Shown one piece after another: positions 1-12,995 of a DNA stretch of 64,000 nucleotides. The stretch spans positions 790,232 to 854,231 of the forward strand of contig NW_021831284.1 of the NCBI RefSeq assembly GCF_006345805.1, in the 5' to 3' direction. Under the pieces are notes generated by a model. The model searched no databases and was not told where the DNA came from. It was given only the letters and a program-made list of their open reading frames with translations. The position numbers and the translations under genes are program-made. The stretch's first letter is position 1; every line of letters starts with the position of its first letter. Origin of the DNA: Octopus sinensis. Lineage: Eukaryota.

Positions 1-660
1 TCAAAGGATTTCGGAAATGGAGGGACTATCTAGTTTTAAAGCAAGTGCGGGTTATTTTGTTTTTTGTTTCATTTTAAGGCTTTTTAGAAAAATTTAAAAA
101 ACCTGAATGGTCTAAAATTAAGAAAACTGCACGGTGAAATTTCATCATGTAATGAACTGAATGAAAAATGTATTAATGATTTTCTTTCTTTGATGAAAGA
201 TAAAATCTTAAAATACTGAATTGAAAATGTATACAACGCTGATGAAACATGAATTTTTTACAAAACATTTCATTCAAAAAGTGTATGCACAAAGCCAAAA
301 AAGGTTTCAAAATGTCAAAAGACCGGTTTTCAATTCATACATCTGAAAATTTCTGAACAGTTCCTCGCTATGAGCTATTGATGAAAATTTAGTTGAGACC
401 AGCAAAAATGAAAATGTGAATATTTTAGATTCTTTTCGCGCATTGGATACCTTAAGAAACTATTTTAAACTGAATGTGACAAACATGGAAACTTTAAACA
501 TGTTGCAAAATATTGGTCAAAAGCTAGAACAATCCAGATTTAAAACTAAAATCACTGATTTTTCGAAATAAAAAAATTTTCATGTCTTTATACAAAAATA
601 ATTAAAAACTCGATAAAAACCCTCTCTAATCCGTCACATTTCGGTCAAGAACCAAAAATG
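1..660 (+). mobile_element. pogo/Tigger-like transposon remnant (decayed transposase), truncated by window start
   Basis: FKASAG|FLEKFK across a 28-nt GT-AG intron (51-78), then VYNADET with a stop; pogo-type subterminal motif AAAAACCCTCTCTAATCCG near 615-633. Confidence 0.7.
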
Positions 661-727
661 GTCAAGAAAGAATGAGGCACCGGAGTGTCTCTACTTAGCA
701 GCATATTTCCCTGATATCTGATGTCCA

Positions 728-3304
728 CTACAAAAACAACCGCGCCTTCTCCAGGACGGACTGTATTTTAGGGACGCAGGATTCATATGAGTTATCCAAT
801 TTTTCTTTGAGATCGAGGCCGTAGGCGTAACGCCAACTTAATGGCCTCGTTTTCTCGAGTTTGTCGATTAGACAAACCCTCTCATCTGTGTCATACCAGC
901 CCTCAAACCCGTAGGTGAGAACCGGTTGTACACATGTCTTGTAAACGTAGATGAATGTTTCTGGACTCAGATGAAATCTGATCAGGCTTCGTAGGATTTT
1001 AACGGCTCTCTTCCTTTGGGTATCGATATGATTTCCATAGGAGCCTCTGGCCAAGTTATTGTAACCCCAAGGTATTGGAGGTTCTGCGAAAGTTTCAAGT
1101 CCCCAACTCCAAAGACACGAGCAGTTTCGCTCCTCCGCTTCGACAGTCTGCACACTGTGCTCTTGTCACGGGCCAGCGTTAGACCCTTTGCACGAGTCCA
1201 TTCCATTATCTTGGCAAGGTTCGAGCCTTCGCCATGACAGATCACTCCGTCTCGAGACATCAGTTACGAGAATGTAGTCCGCGTATACAATGAGATTACT
1301 CGATCGACCCGTAGGTAACGGGATGTCAGCAAGAAAAAGATTGAATAATAGCGGGCTCAGTATAGAACCCTGAGCTCTTTTGAGATCCACACAATCCGAT
1401 AGTCGATTTCTGCACCGTACATAAGATTTCCTCTCGTGGAGATAACTCTTTAGCCATTTGAATATTTTTTCACCTGCACCAGTCTCCAAAACTTTTTCCA
1501 GAAGTCCAAGGTGCCAGACGCAGTCAAAAGCCTTCGACAAATCCAAGCACATAGCAGTCGTGCAAGATTTATTACGTATTGCCCAAGAAAGTTCCCTTTC
1601 TAGAACCTTCAAGCAGTTTCCCGTGGATTTCCCAGGACGAAAACCCCATTGTACAAAGGAAAGCAGATTATTCTTTTCAACATGTAATGAGAGTCCTTCA
1701 AAAATTATTTTCTCCATAATCTTCGAAAAAGCGCAGATCAGGCTTATGTAGTTTTCTGCTAGGAGACTTGTTTTCTCAGGTTTCGGGATCATACGAACGA
1801 CTGTGCACTTCCAGGTGGGCGGAAGATAACTAAGGGTAAAACTAGCGTCGAAAAGCATAGTTAGAGCCCGTAGGAGGATCCTCGGAGCCTTCTTAAGAAG
1901 TAACACAGGTATGTAGTCGAATCCAGGGCTTTGTTTTTCAGCCCTGCTATCGCTTCTTGTGTCTCTTTTTCGGTAATAGCCTCGCATAGAGGTCCATTCA
2001 CAAGATTTAGAGATTCTAGCCTTGAAGTGACTTTCTCAAAGGTCTTTTGTGGAATAATTGATTTAGGTTTGACTTCTTGGGTTCTACCCAGCTGCCTTCT
2101 TAGTTCATCCGGGACAAGATCGGAGGGGATATACTTTCCATCTTGCCCCTTTAACACAATGTTGTCGCCTTTCCCTTCCGCGTTGTTCAGGCGCTGATAC
2201 GCCTTCCAAAACTTTGGATTTCTCTTATCCAGCATTCGGCATTCCTTCCTCCATGATTTTTCTATTTTCTTTTTCCCAATTTTAACTATCATCGTCTTGA
2301 GGTGGTCGATTTCAACTTTTAACTGATTTCTGACTCCCACGTTGGAACACCTCCTCCTGCGATTCTGAAGGGCGTCCTTCTTTGTTATAAGCATCGACAG
2401 TTTTTTGTCTGTTTGGCGAAACAAGGGCCCGATGCTCTCAATAATCTCTTTTCCGTAAATTTTTTCAAAAATTCGACAATTGATGACCTCAGATAGGCAT
2501 CGAGGTCGTCGATATCCTCCATGGTCCGAAGAGGACGGAACACGGTAGTATTAAGTGCCAGCGCATAGAGTACTCAAATAGATGCCAATCCACATTCGAC
2601 AGATTATATCCAATAAACACGTCCTCTGTCAGATTTATTTTCGTCCTTAGTCTCAATGATTGCGGGATGTGATCACTCCCTACATCCACCTTGATTGTCG
2701 GACGATCACAAAGTGGAGTAATAGACGCCGAGGAGAGAAAAATTCCAAGGCGATCCGGTCTGCCTCTATCCGGATAGTTGTTTAGCTCTTCGGACGTCCA
2801 TATCGAAAAACCGAGATTTCGAGACAAACCCTCAAGTACCTCTCCGTCCGTATTGGTTGCTTCACACCCGTAGACAATATTCTTTGCGTTCAGATCACCG
2901 GCTAGGATAGCCAGATTGTTCTCTTCAAAGAATGTCCTAACAACAGCCGGGTAGCTTCTCAAAGCCTTTGAATACATCCCTCCGACAGTAACCCAGCCAA
3001 CGGCTGTAAGTACTTTGAACGATATAAGTTCACAGGACTTGTCTTCAATAATCTTTCCGTTTTTGACTCTCATACTTCCATTATAGAAGACAGACGATCC
3101 TGTTCCTGCTACTGCGTCAGTTTTCCATGGGATATTAAGGGATTTGTAGCCTTCAAATTCAATTTTATTTGGTCCCTTCAGCTTCGTCTTGTTGACAATA
3201 AATACGTCCGTTTTCGCTGAGGCTAGCAGAAACCTCAGCTCCGTTACCCGTCTCGTGAGTGAGCGGGCATTTAGAATTGTCAGAACGAGGCATCCTTCCG
3301 ACAT
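728..3304 (-). pseudogene. LINE ORF2: apurinic endonuclease + reverse transcriptase, frameshifted into several pieces
   Basis: LNARSL, AGDLNAK, VGSDHIP (APE); MIPKPEK, QWGFRPGKST, LDLSKAFDCVWH, QGSILSPLLFNLF, YADY, YLGVT (RT). Confidence 0.9.
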
Positions 3305-6300
3305 GGGTGGCTGACCTCCCGTGGGAGCGCCACCTTTTTCGGTAAAGGGGGTCTGCCTGCTTTCCGTTTGCTACCCATTTCAGCCGGCTCTAGAGGCGTC
3401 CCATTGTCCTCCAGCCGGGCTTTGGGGCTTGGCAGCTGAACTCCAGAATTTGCTACCGCAGTTTTCTTCACTGCTCTCGCCTTCGGGGCGGCGGGTTTTG
3501 TTTCTGGGCATGGGTCCGTTTGGATTCCCGTGTTAATGAAGCAGGTCTGAGTTCCGGATTCGATCCGGTTCTTGACAATGTCGTCAGTTTGAACACCAAT
3601 ATCGCATTTCTTTGGGGATTTGTAGTCAATTAGATGAGTTCCCTTCTGTGTGCTGATAGCAGCATGCGTGGCAGATTCTGGATCAAGTAACTTCCCCGAC
3701 CAAGGGGCCTTCATGCCAGACATTTGTCCTTCATTTACACAATTTCTCTTAGTGTGAGTCATTTCCAGTTTCTTCTTTATCGATTGTTTCGCCACCGGAC
3801 AGCCCAACCAGTTCGCCCGGTGTCCATGTGATCCGCAGTTGATGCACGGGAGTTTGACGTGTGTTCCGATCATACATTGGATGCGATCGTGTGCATCACA
3901 ACACAACAAACAGCGCACTGTCTCCTTACAGTATAACAAGATGTGTCCAAATTTGTAACATCGATAGCATTGCCTCTCAGGATTTTTGTACCAGGTAAAA
4001 CGGATTTTGTTGAAGCCAATTTTGAGACCTAGGGTGATCAACGACTGTGCTTCGTTTCTGTCCTGGATAGTAAGCTTGGCAAGTGGCAGATATTTCCCAT
4101 TATTACCAAATCTCTCCAGTTTGAACTCTGGGGATAGCACTTTCGACAAAAGCCTGTGTAGATCCTCGTTATCAACCCAAAAAGGTAGATTCCTCATCAT
4201 TAAAATCGAATCCCTGCGTGTCCGGTGCTCTATTGTGTGCCCATTGTCACCAAAAGGAAGGTTCATTTCCCAATCGTTTTTAAAAGACACGAAATCCAGT
4301 TCCGAATTAAAGACAAGTTCGTATGAGCCATCAAAGCGACGGGAGATTCTCGCCTTGAGGGCAGTTTTCGAATTACAGATGATATTGGCTACCTCAATTG
4401 AATCAAAAGAGGTGTTTGACACACGTACAATTTTTTTTTTAATTTATAAGTAAACGAAAAGAGTTAAAATGCGCAGCGGATCGACTGGCAATTCCCGCGC
4501 ATGATGGCCAATGAGATCCTTTGAAAGAGTCTGATCGACTCGTTGGGATCTTTCGTGGCAACCACGAGCTTAGATCCAAGGCGGCGGAGAAACGATAGCG
4601 TCTGCGGGCCGATGACTCCAGAGGTTTCCACCGCGACTGCAGTGAATTGGTGATTCTTTGCCAGGACCCGGTACTTCTTCTGTTTTGTTAGTTCCGCCTG
4701 CTTTGCAACTGAGCCCGGTTCCGCAGCGGAGGCAATTAGATTCTTGGCGGAGAAAGTGTCGGAACAGGTGGCGTCCCAGATAAGGCATTTCCCCTTTTCA
4801 AACGGGAAGATTGACATGCCATCCGGGCGCTTACCGTCGCCTCTGTCGAGCCCGACTGGTTCGAGCTCATTAGGAAACCCCGCCGTCGTTAGGGCACGGC
4901 TCACGGTGTCGTTGATGGCGGCGTGTCGTGGGAAACGTCCGGCACTACGTGAGCAGGAGAGGGGATGATGGCCAAATGAGTCCACTCTTAAACCGCAGCG
5001 GCACTGGTGTGTTCTGCAAATGGGAAGTCCGAGGCGGAGAGAGACGGAAATCCTTACACAGTCGTTGTCCATTAAGGTGCCGATTGACGCCATAGGGATT
5101 GCTGTAAGCCATGCACCAGAATATGGTTGCGAGGCGGCCAATAAGCAAGCCAAGCAATGTTGATTGAGTTTCGGCTTGAGGCTGTTTATCTTGTGGTCGC
5201 AGAGGATCCGGTCCCATTGGCCTTGAGCGTGTGTATTCTCCGGGATTTCCAGAGACATCCCTTGCCAGCAACTTTCTGCGGCGACCGACTCTGTGTCCAT
5301 AGATGATTCGGTTACGGATTGGAGAATCTCCTGGACCAGATCGTTGGTCGCATTAACTGAAGATAAGTACGCCGGGATAGAAAGGTCGACAGATGATCGG
5401 ATACCAATACCGCCATGGCTTATAGCAGTGGTTCTCAACGGTGGGCGATTCGCCCCCTAGGGGCGATTTTTTTTGGTAGGTGGGCGATTTTTTCTGCCAG
5501 GGGGGCGATGGCTGATTGCTAATATTTGAAAAATTAAAATCTTATGTTAGAAGTTGATAATCTGTGAAAAAATAAAGATATATAATCGAGTCTAATAATA
5601 TTTATTAATAATATGATATTTTTATTATATTTTATTTAAATTTCTAAGCGTGATTTCTAGTTATCTTTATGGGTCGTGTTCAAAAAAAAGTCAGAATGTA
5701 TAAAGATGAATATATTTCTCTTGGATTTATTAAAGATCCTCAAGATCCTAATAAACCACTTTGTCTTCAATGTGGTACAATTTTTTCGAATGAGGCAATG
5801 ACACCGTCTCGTTTGATTGAACATTTAAAGCGAAAACATCATAATTCAATTGGAAAAAAGCCAGACTTTTTTCTAGAATTAAAAAAGAATTTTGAAAATA
5901 AAAACACCTTACCGTCAATCTTTAATAAAAATATATCTTAAATTGTCTCTGGATTATCTTATTCATATAAAGTTGCAGAGATAATCGCAAAAACTGGTTG
6001 CATTATTATTTTAATTTATAGGTAATGCCCATTCGATTGCAGAAAATGTCATCCGTCCTTGTTTAAATTTATTTATAAACGATATCTTACAAAAAGATTC
6101 TTCAAATATTATGAAGACTATTCCATTAAGCAACGACACTATACAAAGAAGAATTGATGAAATTTCTAATGAAATTGAACAATCTTTAATTTTATTTCTC
6201 AGAGAACGCAAGTTTTCAGTCCAACTTGACGAATCAGTTGTCGTTGATAATCAGTCAATTTTGATGGCATATGTAAGGTATTACTTTTTATAAATACTTT

Positions 6301-9186
6301 TTATAAAGATATTTCGATGATGATTCTATTTTGCAAGAAGAGTTATTATTTGCAAAATCTTTAGTCACGGATACTACAGGATTGTCAATATTCAAAATGT
6401 TTGAATCTTATTTATTCTTAAATGATATTCCATTTGAACATATTTTATCGTGCGCAACTGATGGCGCAATGGCTATGGTTGGAAAATATCGTGGTTTTTT
6501 AGCTTTTCTAAAACACAAATCTCCAATGTCCACTTCAATTCATTGTATTTTACATCGGCATCATTTAATTGCAAAAAAATTATCTGAAGAATTGAATGCA
6601 TCAATGTAATTGTTATCAAAGTTATCAATAAAATTAAAAGAAACAGAGCAAGTACGATCGTATTTTTCGTGAATACTGCACTAATCAAAATGAAGATTAT
6701 GTTAGGTTACTTTTACATATCGAAGTAAGATGGTTATCCAAGGGAAATTGTCTTGAAAGATTTGTGATATTATTTGATGCAATTGTTGATTTTTTAAGAT
6801 TACAAGAAGAATTTAAATTGTTTAATTCCTGTAAAATTCATAAAAAAAATATTTTTTATTTTTACTAATGAAATAAGGGGGCGATATAAAAATTGGAGGG
6901 GCGAAAAAAAATAAAGGTTGAGAACCACTGGCTTATAGGAAGGGTGGCCTTTTGCCAACCGATCTCATCAAGGGTAATATTGCAAATGGACTCCAAGCTG
7001 GATTTAAGCGAAAAATCAAATGATTCGAGAGCCCTCAGGTTAAAGAAACATGGGGCACTTCTGAGGATAAATAGAAGCTTTGGAATTGCAAAACAATTGC
7101 GTAGGAAAAACAGGCCGGAATGGGAATCGATTTTTGCTAGTTTGTTAGAAATTGCCACTAGCGAGGATGTTTTAGCATGTAGGGATGATTCAACACCCAG
7201 ATTAGATATAGGAGACCCTAAGATTTTCAAATTTTCGATCAAGGTCCTGCGGATATTTGGAAGGACATTCGAGAACGTATTAAATACAGAGGTAAAATCT
7301 TCTGGGGTAAAGCCAATATTGGCAATTTCGGATTTGAGCGGATTGATGGATAGGCCAAGAGAATTAAGGGAGGGGATCAGATTTTCCAAATCTTTAAGGA
7401 CAGAAGCTACCGGACCTCCGATAGTAGCGTCGTCAAGGTACCATACATTGAAACGAGATGAGATGTTCCGAACAACAGGATCGATCGTCAGGGCAAAAAG
7501 CAACGGGCCAAGTGAATCGCCCTGTTAAACACCGTTGCTGGGATTTGGTCATCGGCAATAAGAAGGCTTGGCTTGGAGTAAGCCATAGATACCAAGCGGG
7601 CAATTGAGGGAGCACGCCGGTAGCAAGTTTCGAGAATACAGTCCCGACGAAGACTGTTGAAGGCATTTGTCAAGTCTAGCTTCACGAGTACAGAGGCGTT
7701 ATCCGGCCTTTCGGTTGAGGCGGAAATAAACTTTCTTGCAGCATGGACAGCAGCTTCACAGCCGCCGCGGACACCGACGCCCAACTGAAACGGGCGTAGT
7801 TCCTGACCCAAAGACTTGGTAACTTGTCTACAGGCTACTTTGGAAGCTAGGCGGCGAAAAAATGTACCAACAGCAATAGGGCGGATCCCGCCTTCCTTCT
7901 TCCTCAATGCGGTGATGTTTGCAGGAAATAGAAGGTCCCGAGCGTACTGATCATGTTTGTCAGAGCAGTTATGGAGACGAGGAGCCGAGCGCCAGCCTCG
8001 CAAGTGTGGCTTGAGAGTAGTTTTTTCACATGCCCTGGGCGTAGTCCGTCGATGCCCCCGCAGCTGCCTGTTGCAAGGGAATTAATAGCATCTAGAACAT
8101 CTTCTTTGGGGGCATAGGTTGCGGGGTAATCGGAATTTAAAGTAGTAAAGCGAAGGTCCGCGGGGGGACTCGGATGTTTTGCATTAAGCTCAGCGAGGAC
8201 ACTTGGTGTAATGGAAAGAACTGAGTCATCAGATGATAAAACACGGACAGCGCTTGCAACATTTCCCTCCATCAGTTTAGTGTTGATCCTGTTCCGCAGG
8301 CGCAAAATGTCTTGGGCTTCTGGGTCTACGTTGCTACTTTGACTGGATTTTTTGACTTTATGCGTTGACTGGGGCTTTGTTTCGCCCAGCCAGGCAGAAA
8401 AGTCATCATCAGGGCGATTTAGGTAGGCTGAGATGTTATGCTTAGAACGGTTAGAAATCGATTTTGGTGGGGAGTCCTCTCTGCGGAGGCCGAGAGCCAT
8501 GACGCCAAAGCAGAAAAGATGATTCCAGGAGGCTGGGTCATTGGAAGTAATGGCTTTGTCGATGACTATTGATAAAGAGTCTGCGGCAAGGATACGTGCG
8601 GCCTTCGGGATTTTGATAGGGATCGAGCGGCTTCTCTTGGCTTGTGCGACCGCCAAGAGGAAATCTTTTACCGAGGGGGAAGAAATGATGGGCTGAGAGT
8701 GTGAATCTTTGGATGAGAATACCGGATGCGGGCTCAAGTTTAATTGGGTAAGGCAAGAGTGGCAACTCCACTTCGACAGAGAAGCGGCGGCCAATTTAGG
8801 TATTCCGGCACAGGATTGATGGAAAAAAAGGTCACAGGAGGAGCAATGACAGCCGTTCTTCCTGGGGTTGTTAAGCATGCACGAAGTGCAGCAAAGCGAC
8901 TTTTTAGAGAAACAGAGAGGCATGAGGAAAAAAAAGAAAAGTAGATTGAAACAATGACAAAGGATTAGGACAATAGAATGGAACAATAGAAAGTACGAAT
9001 TGAAATAATTTGAAAAATAAATTGGAATTACAAATAAATTGAAAAAAATTACACCACAACATTTAACGTGAATTTAAAATCACGCACGTACAATTATCGA
9101 CGTACAATTATCGACACTTTCGAATTTTCTTGTTTGAAATTAACATTAATTTTGCTATTTGCACAACCAGAAACGAAATGCACCAT
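3280..9186 (-). CDS. LINE ORF1 gag-like protein, split by CRE insertion (N-terminus 9186-9100, remainder 4430-3280)
   Basis: CYRCYKFGH, CLLCCDAH and CINCGSHGH knuckles; joining across the TSD gives an open frame MVHFVSGCANSKINVNFKQENSKVSIIVR|VSNTSFD from ATG 9186, preceded by an in-frame TGA. Confidence 0.75.
4431..9099 (-). mobile_element. Near full-length CRE-clade non-LTR retrotransposon (PHD-like N-terminus, RT, RLE endonuclease), frameshifted
   Basis: GIRPIAVG, LGVGVRGGCEAAVH, KLDLTNAFNS, WYLDD; C-terminal HPLSC...RHAAIND...RPDG...WDATC...AVET...FQRISLAIMRGN; poly-A tail at 4431-4440; TSD ACGTACAA(TT) at 4423 and 9100. Confidence 0.9.
5426..6930 (+). mobile_element. hAT transposon, Buster/Charlie family, internally deleted
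   Basis: Perfect 14-bp TIRs starting CAGTGGTTCTCAAC; perfect 8-bp TSD GCTTATAG (5418-5425, 6931-6938) with central TA; BED finger CLQC...HLKRKH; PLSNDTIQRRI, QLDES, ATDGA, HCILHR; GGGCGA subterminal repeats; 25- and 31-nt introns. Confidence 0.95.
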
Positions 9187-9433
9187 GCTTCAATGGGACG
9201 CGTTTTGTATATCAAATTTAAGGCATATATACTGTCATTTGGTAGAAAATCAAACTGATAAAAAATGGCTTACTAGTGGTATTCGAAAATTTTTTCATAA
9301 AAGGAATTTAGTTTTAATAATTAGTTATGGATTTCTAAGTTGTTGTCCAATAAAAGCTTAAAATTCATTTAAAAACGAATAAATTATTCCGATACCGATA
9401 AAATTAACCAAATCCAAAGAATAAATTAAATTT

Positions 9434-12400
9434 CTAAATATCCATTCCATCAATTATAGCTTTTAGGATGAATGCAGCCAGTTCTTCACTATTCCAATAA
9501 TACACATGTGACAACAAATAACGTGAAAAATTATATTTTTGTTCACTGAGAGCATAGTCAAGACGAAATTCGAGTCCTACAAGTTGAAGTTTATTTTATT
9601 ACCTTCCGGAACAAGCGAGGTTTCTTCAATTCTTAAATGATCATAGAATGGAGAAAAAAATTCATATGAGTTCAGATGATCATTCCAACCTCGGTAAAAA
9701 ATACAATCAGGTTTGATGACATTTCGATGAATGATATTCATGACTATTTTTTGTGTAACCACTTCTTTTAATATAACAGGGTTTATATTATAGAAAGCTC
9801 GGCAAAACAAAGGTTCCAACCGATAAGCCTATAAATACTTTAAATTAAAAATATTTCACTATGAAATCGCTTGGATAAAAAATGTTAAAAAGACGGTAGG
9901 GCATCCCATATTTGGGTAGAATATCTTCTTGTGTTGAAGAATCACGAACCGATTTTCCTCGGAGCATCAAAAACATGGAAAGTGGCGACCCAAGCATAAA
10001 AAAGTTTTTAATTTTGAGATCCAAAATTGAAGGTAAGAAAAGGTTATTTTTTAAAGATGGACAAATCCAGGTATCCCCTTCCGTAATGAGGTCATAAACG
10101 ATCAGAGAGCCTAAATTTAAAATAACTTCAACTGATTATACCTAGAGAATGAGCTACAATTGATATATCCGGAAGATTTGTTTTTTTGTTTTTTCTGTAT
10201 TCGACAAAAAGCGAATACAATCGTGATAATTCAGTTGTTAATTTCTCAATAATCTATGAATATCAAAAAATTAAAATGACAACTTTGGCTCTAAAATAAG
10301 AACTTGTGTAGTATAGGATGTCAAGAACAGAGTTGTTAATAAAATTACGGACATTTATATTTGAAGATGGCATTAAAACATCTAATATATCTAAAAGGAG
10401 ATTAAATTTTATTAAAAAAACTTTCTCCCAATTCGACTGTGCGCCAATTCACTGGCATTAGTTCAATTACTGCGTTTTTATTATTGGCCAGATATGTTAC
10501 ACTAAAAATTCATATAAATAGAAATAAAAACTTTTAAAATAAAAATTAATACAAAGCATAACCTAATTGTTCGCAAAAATATGCTTTTCTGAATAGAAAA
10601 AATTTGGACTGAAACATGAATTTTTTCCCAAAAACCAACATACCGTGTAAAATATGAGTTTTAAATTATTTAGCAATCTATTAATTTTGGCTTATCCATA
10701 TCTTTTTTTTATTAAATAATTATTCTTTTTTTTTAAAAAAAAATTTTAAAAGCCTCTTATTAGTTTAAAACGTTTTCTATCAAGGAATCACAAAAAAGAA
10801 GGATCATTCCCAATTTTAATTAAGCGTGAAACATGTATTTTCTCATACATGTCACCTGTCTCACTTTGTATTGTTACTACAAAATCGTCTTTTGCCACAA
10901 TTGTGTATTTCACCATCTCTAATCCATCATAAAGTGGATATTGTCGTTTGTTAGCGTCATTATCTTGCCTAAATTACATGTTTATACATCCCAAATACCT
11001 TAAGATTACTATCTCTCCTACACTAAAAGTAGCCTCGTCATACTTCCATTTTCTTCTCTGAGCCATTTTATCAGCTGCCAACAGAATATTTACATACGCT
11101 TCATTCCTTTCCTCTTCCAAATATTCTATGTCATCATTTTGCAATAACAATGATTCTAGTTCCTCCTCTGATGTTTCAATAGGATATTTTATGCCCATAA
11201 ATAGATTAAATGGGACTTTTTTTGTGGTGGAATGGACAGTATTGTTATAATCAAAAACAATGTCTTTGATTATATCGCAATAGCGTCCAAAACATTCATC
11301 AGAGTAACTTTTAGATGAAATCCATCTTTTGATACTCTGATTTAGTCTAAAGAATAATGTTATCTTACAACCTTTCCACCTGTCCCTGTACCCAAGGAGC
11401 CCTTGGTCGTCCACGGACATGTTTAATTTTGTACTTTTCACATAAACGGGCGACATGGTCATTGCAAAATTCTTTACCATTGTCTGTATGCAAGATCAAT
11501 GGTGGCCCAATATAATAAAAGATGTTCTGAAATAACGAAGCAATTTCATGAGCTCTTTTGGTAAAAGATAACTCAACTATCGCGAATTTCGAAAAAGAAT
11601 CGACAATTACAAGAATCTAATCTTTATATAGCCAAAAGTACCCAGTTATAAGAATCATTAATATCTGAATATCTCCTTAGGTCCACTAAATCGGCGATAT
11701 ACCGATCGCGACTCCGCCTTGCAATGATCGGCGTAACTGGGGGTTTAGTAGCCAATGATTTTTTTGACTAAAAAATTAATAAAAAAAACTTAAAACCTGG
11801 CAAGGAATACATCGTTTTATGACACGATTGATCTCTGCACGTGATATTCCGTGGTATAAGCGCGCCAATTTTGAAAACAACCGGTCTCGACCAAAATGAT
11901 TCAAATTATGTTCAGCCAATTGAAATAAACATTTATTATGCAAACTTCAATATATTTATCTTTAAGTTCAGCTTCATCGCTGCAGAAAAATCTTAATTTA
12001 AGTCCATCTTTAGTGATATATGGAGCTCCATCCAAAAAATCAAATTTATTTGCTAATTTCAGTAGTCTTGATCTTTGCATCCGCGAAAGCGTCCTGCTGA
12101 CGAATACGAGCTCAGGATTGCTCTTAAGTTCCTTAAGTAATTCTAAGTCTTCCTTTGTTACTTGCACTAAACGCATTTTTAACGTGTATTTGTAATTTAA
12201 AAAAACATCAATATTTTTTAAAAATTTATAAGTTTTCTTTGATTTCATAGAAATATACCAAAGGATTCATGTTTTAAGTTTTTTCCAACTTGACATTTTG
12301 ATGTTGGTGTAACACATCTGGCGGAGTAACAGTTGTGGCCGGTGACAGATGATATAAAGTTTTCGATTTTTTAAAAATTAATTAATTTTAATTATCTTCA

Positions 12401-12857
12401 AAAAAAAACTGCGACCACTTCGACAAAAGTACCGGAATATTTCATTTCTGATTTCCACTTAACTGTATATTCTTCAAGGATTAGTGGCTCTAAGATTGGG
12501 GAGATAATAAATACTTTTATTTGTCGAGGCGTACATCTCGTAGTAATAGGGATCTATTTGTTCAGCTAGCGATTCAGATATGGGCTCATATTTAGGATAG
12601 GTAAACCAAGTTCCACGGATAACTTGAAACCATGATTCTTCAAATATAAATAAATCGTATTTGCCTCTATCGTATATTGGAAAGCATCTCCGGTCGTGTA
12701 AATTAACCACAAAAATTCCGTGACGAACTGTTACTTCTTTCAATTCCTTGCCACTTCTGTATTCTTTTTCAAGACGAGTTGTATCATAGCTTCCAAATTT
12801 AAAGAAAGAACCGTTTTTTATGTAAAACCAGCGAACTTGCTCCATTAACTGGGTCAT
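9434..12857 (-). CDS. DDHD-domain phospholipase A1 (DDHD1/PA-PLA1-like), multi-exon, with an integrase gene in a central intron; middle exons uncertain
   Basis: N-terminal VRWFY...VIRGTWF; IELMPVNWR; lipase AHSLG; NFFMLGSPL; LFNIFYPSD|AYRLEPL; RLDYAL...SHVYYW, stop at 9434. Confidence 0.8.
10788..12248 (-). mobile_element. Ginger2/KRBA2-like DDE integrase gene with five micro-introns; element ends not found
   Basis: HNLNH...CIPC zinc-binding module, YIADLVD, HTDNGKEF, GRPRAPWVQGQVER, YNNTVHS; introns 11768-11796, 11617-11641, 11347-11371, 10969-10998, and a first intron ending TTG rather than AG. Confidence 0.85.
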
Positions 12858-12904
12858 AAAATAATGTTAAATGGCGATAAATTAATTTAAAAACCAAGAA
12901 TGGC

Positions 12905-12995
12905 GTTTCTAGTTCGTCGGGGCTGTTGCGATCACGAAAGAGTTATGCGTACAATCGCAAGGGATATTCGCTCAAAAACCATCTCGATTTGCGTG
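12905..12995 (-). mobile_element. Short decayed CRE 3' tail
   Basis: FERISLAIVR, then a frameshifted NSFVIATAPTN* resembling the CRE C-terminal QRISLAIMRGN. Confidence 0.5.

Larger units (their letters stand above)
662..9260 (-). mobile_element. Jockey/I-group LINE (ORF1 + APE-RT ORF2) interrupted by a CRE element
   Basis: ORF1 with three CCHC knuckles; ORF2 with APE and RT; candidate initiator ATCAGTT at 9259-9253; candidate 8-bp TSD AAAAATGG at 654-661 and 9261-9268. No poly-A at the 3' end, so the ends are tentative. Confidence 0.8.

Noticed and set aside
6893-7528. Long + strand ORFs antisense to retroelement ORFs (also 1458-1751, 34735-35049)
   Set aside because: Shadow frames of coding sequence on the opposite strand; no recognisable motifs.
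10487-12323. Inverted 16-bp match GCCAGATATGTTACAC / GTGTAACACATCTGGC flanking the integrase, resembling Ginger TIRs
   Set aside because: The TGT/ACA ends point outward rather than inward, and the left copy is DDHD coding sequence (VTYLANNKN). Probably chance.
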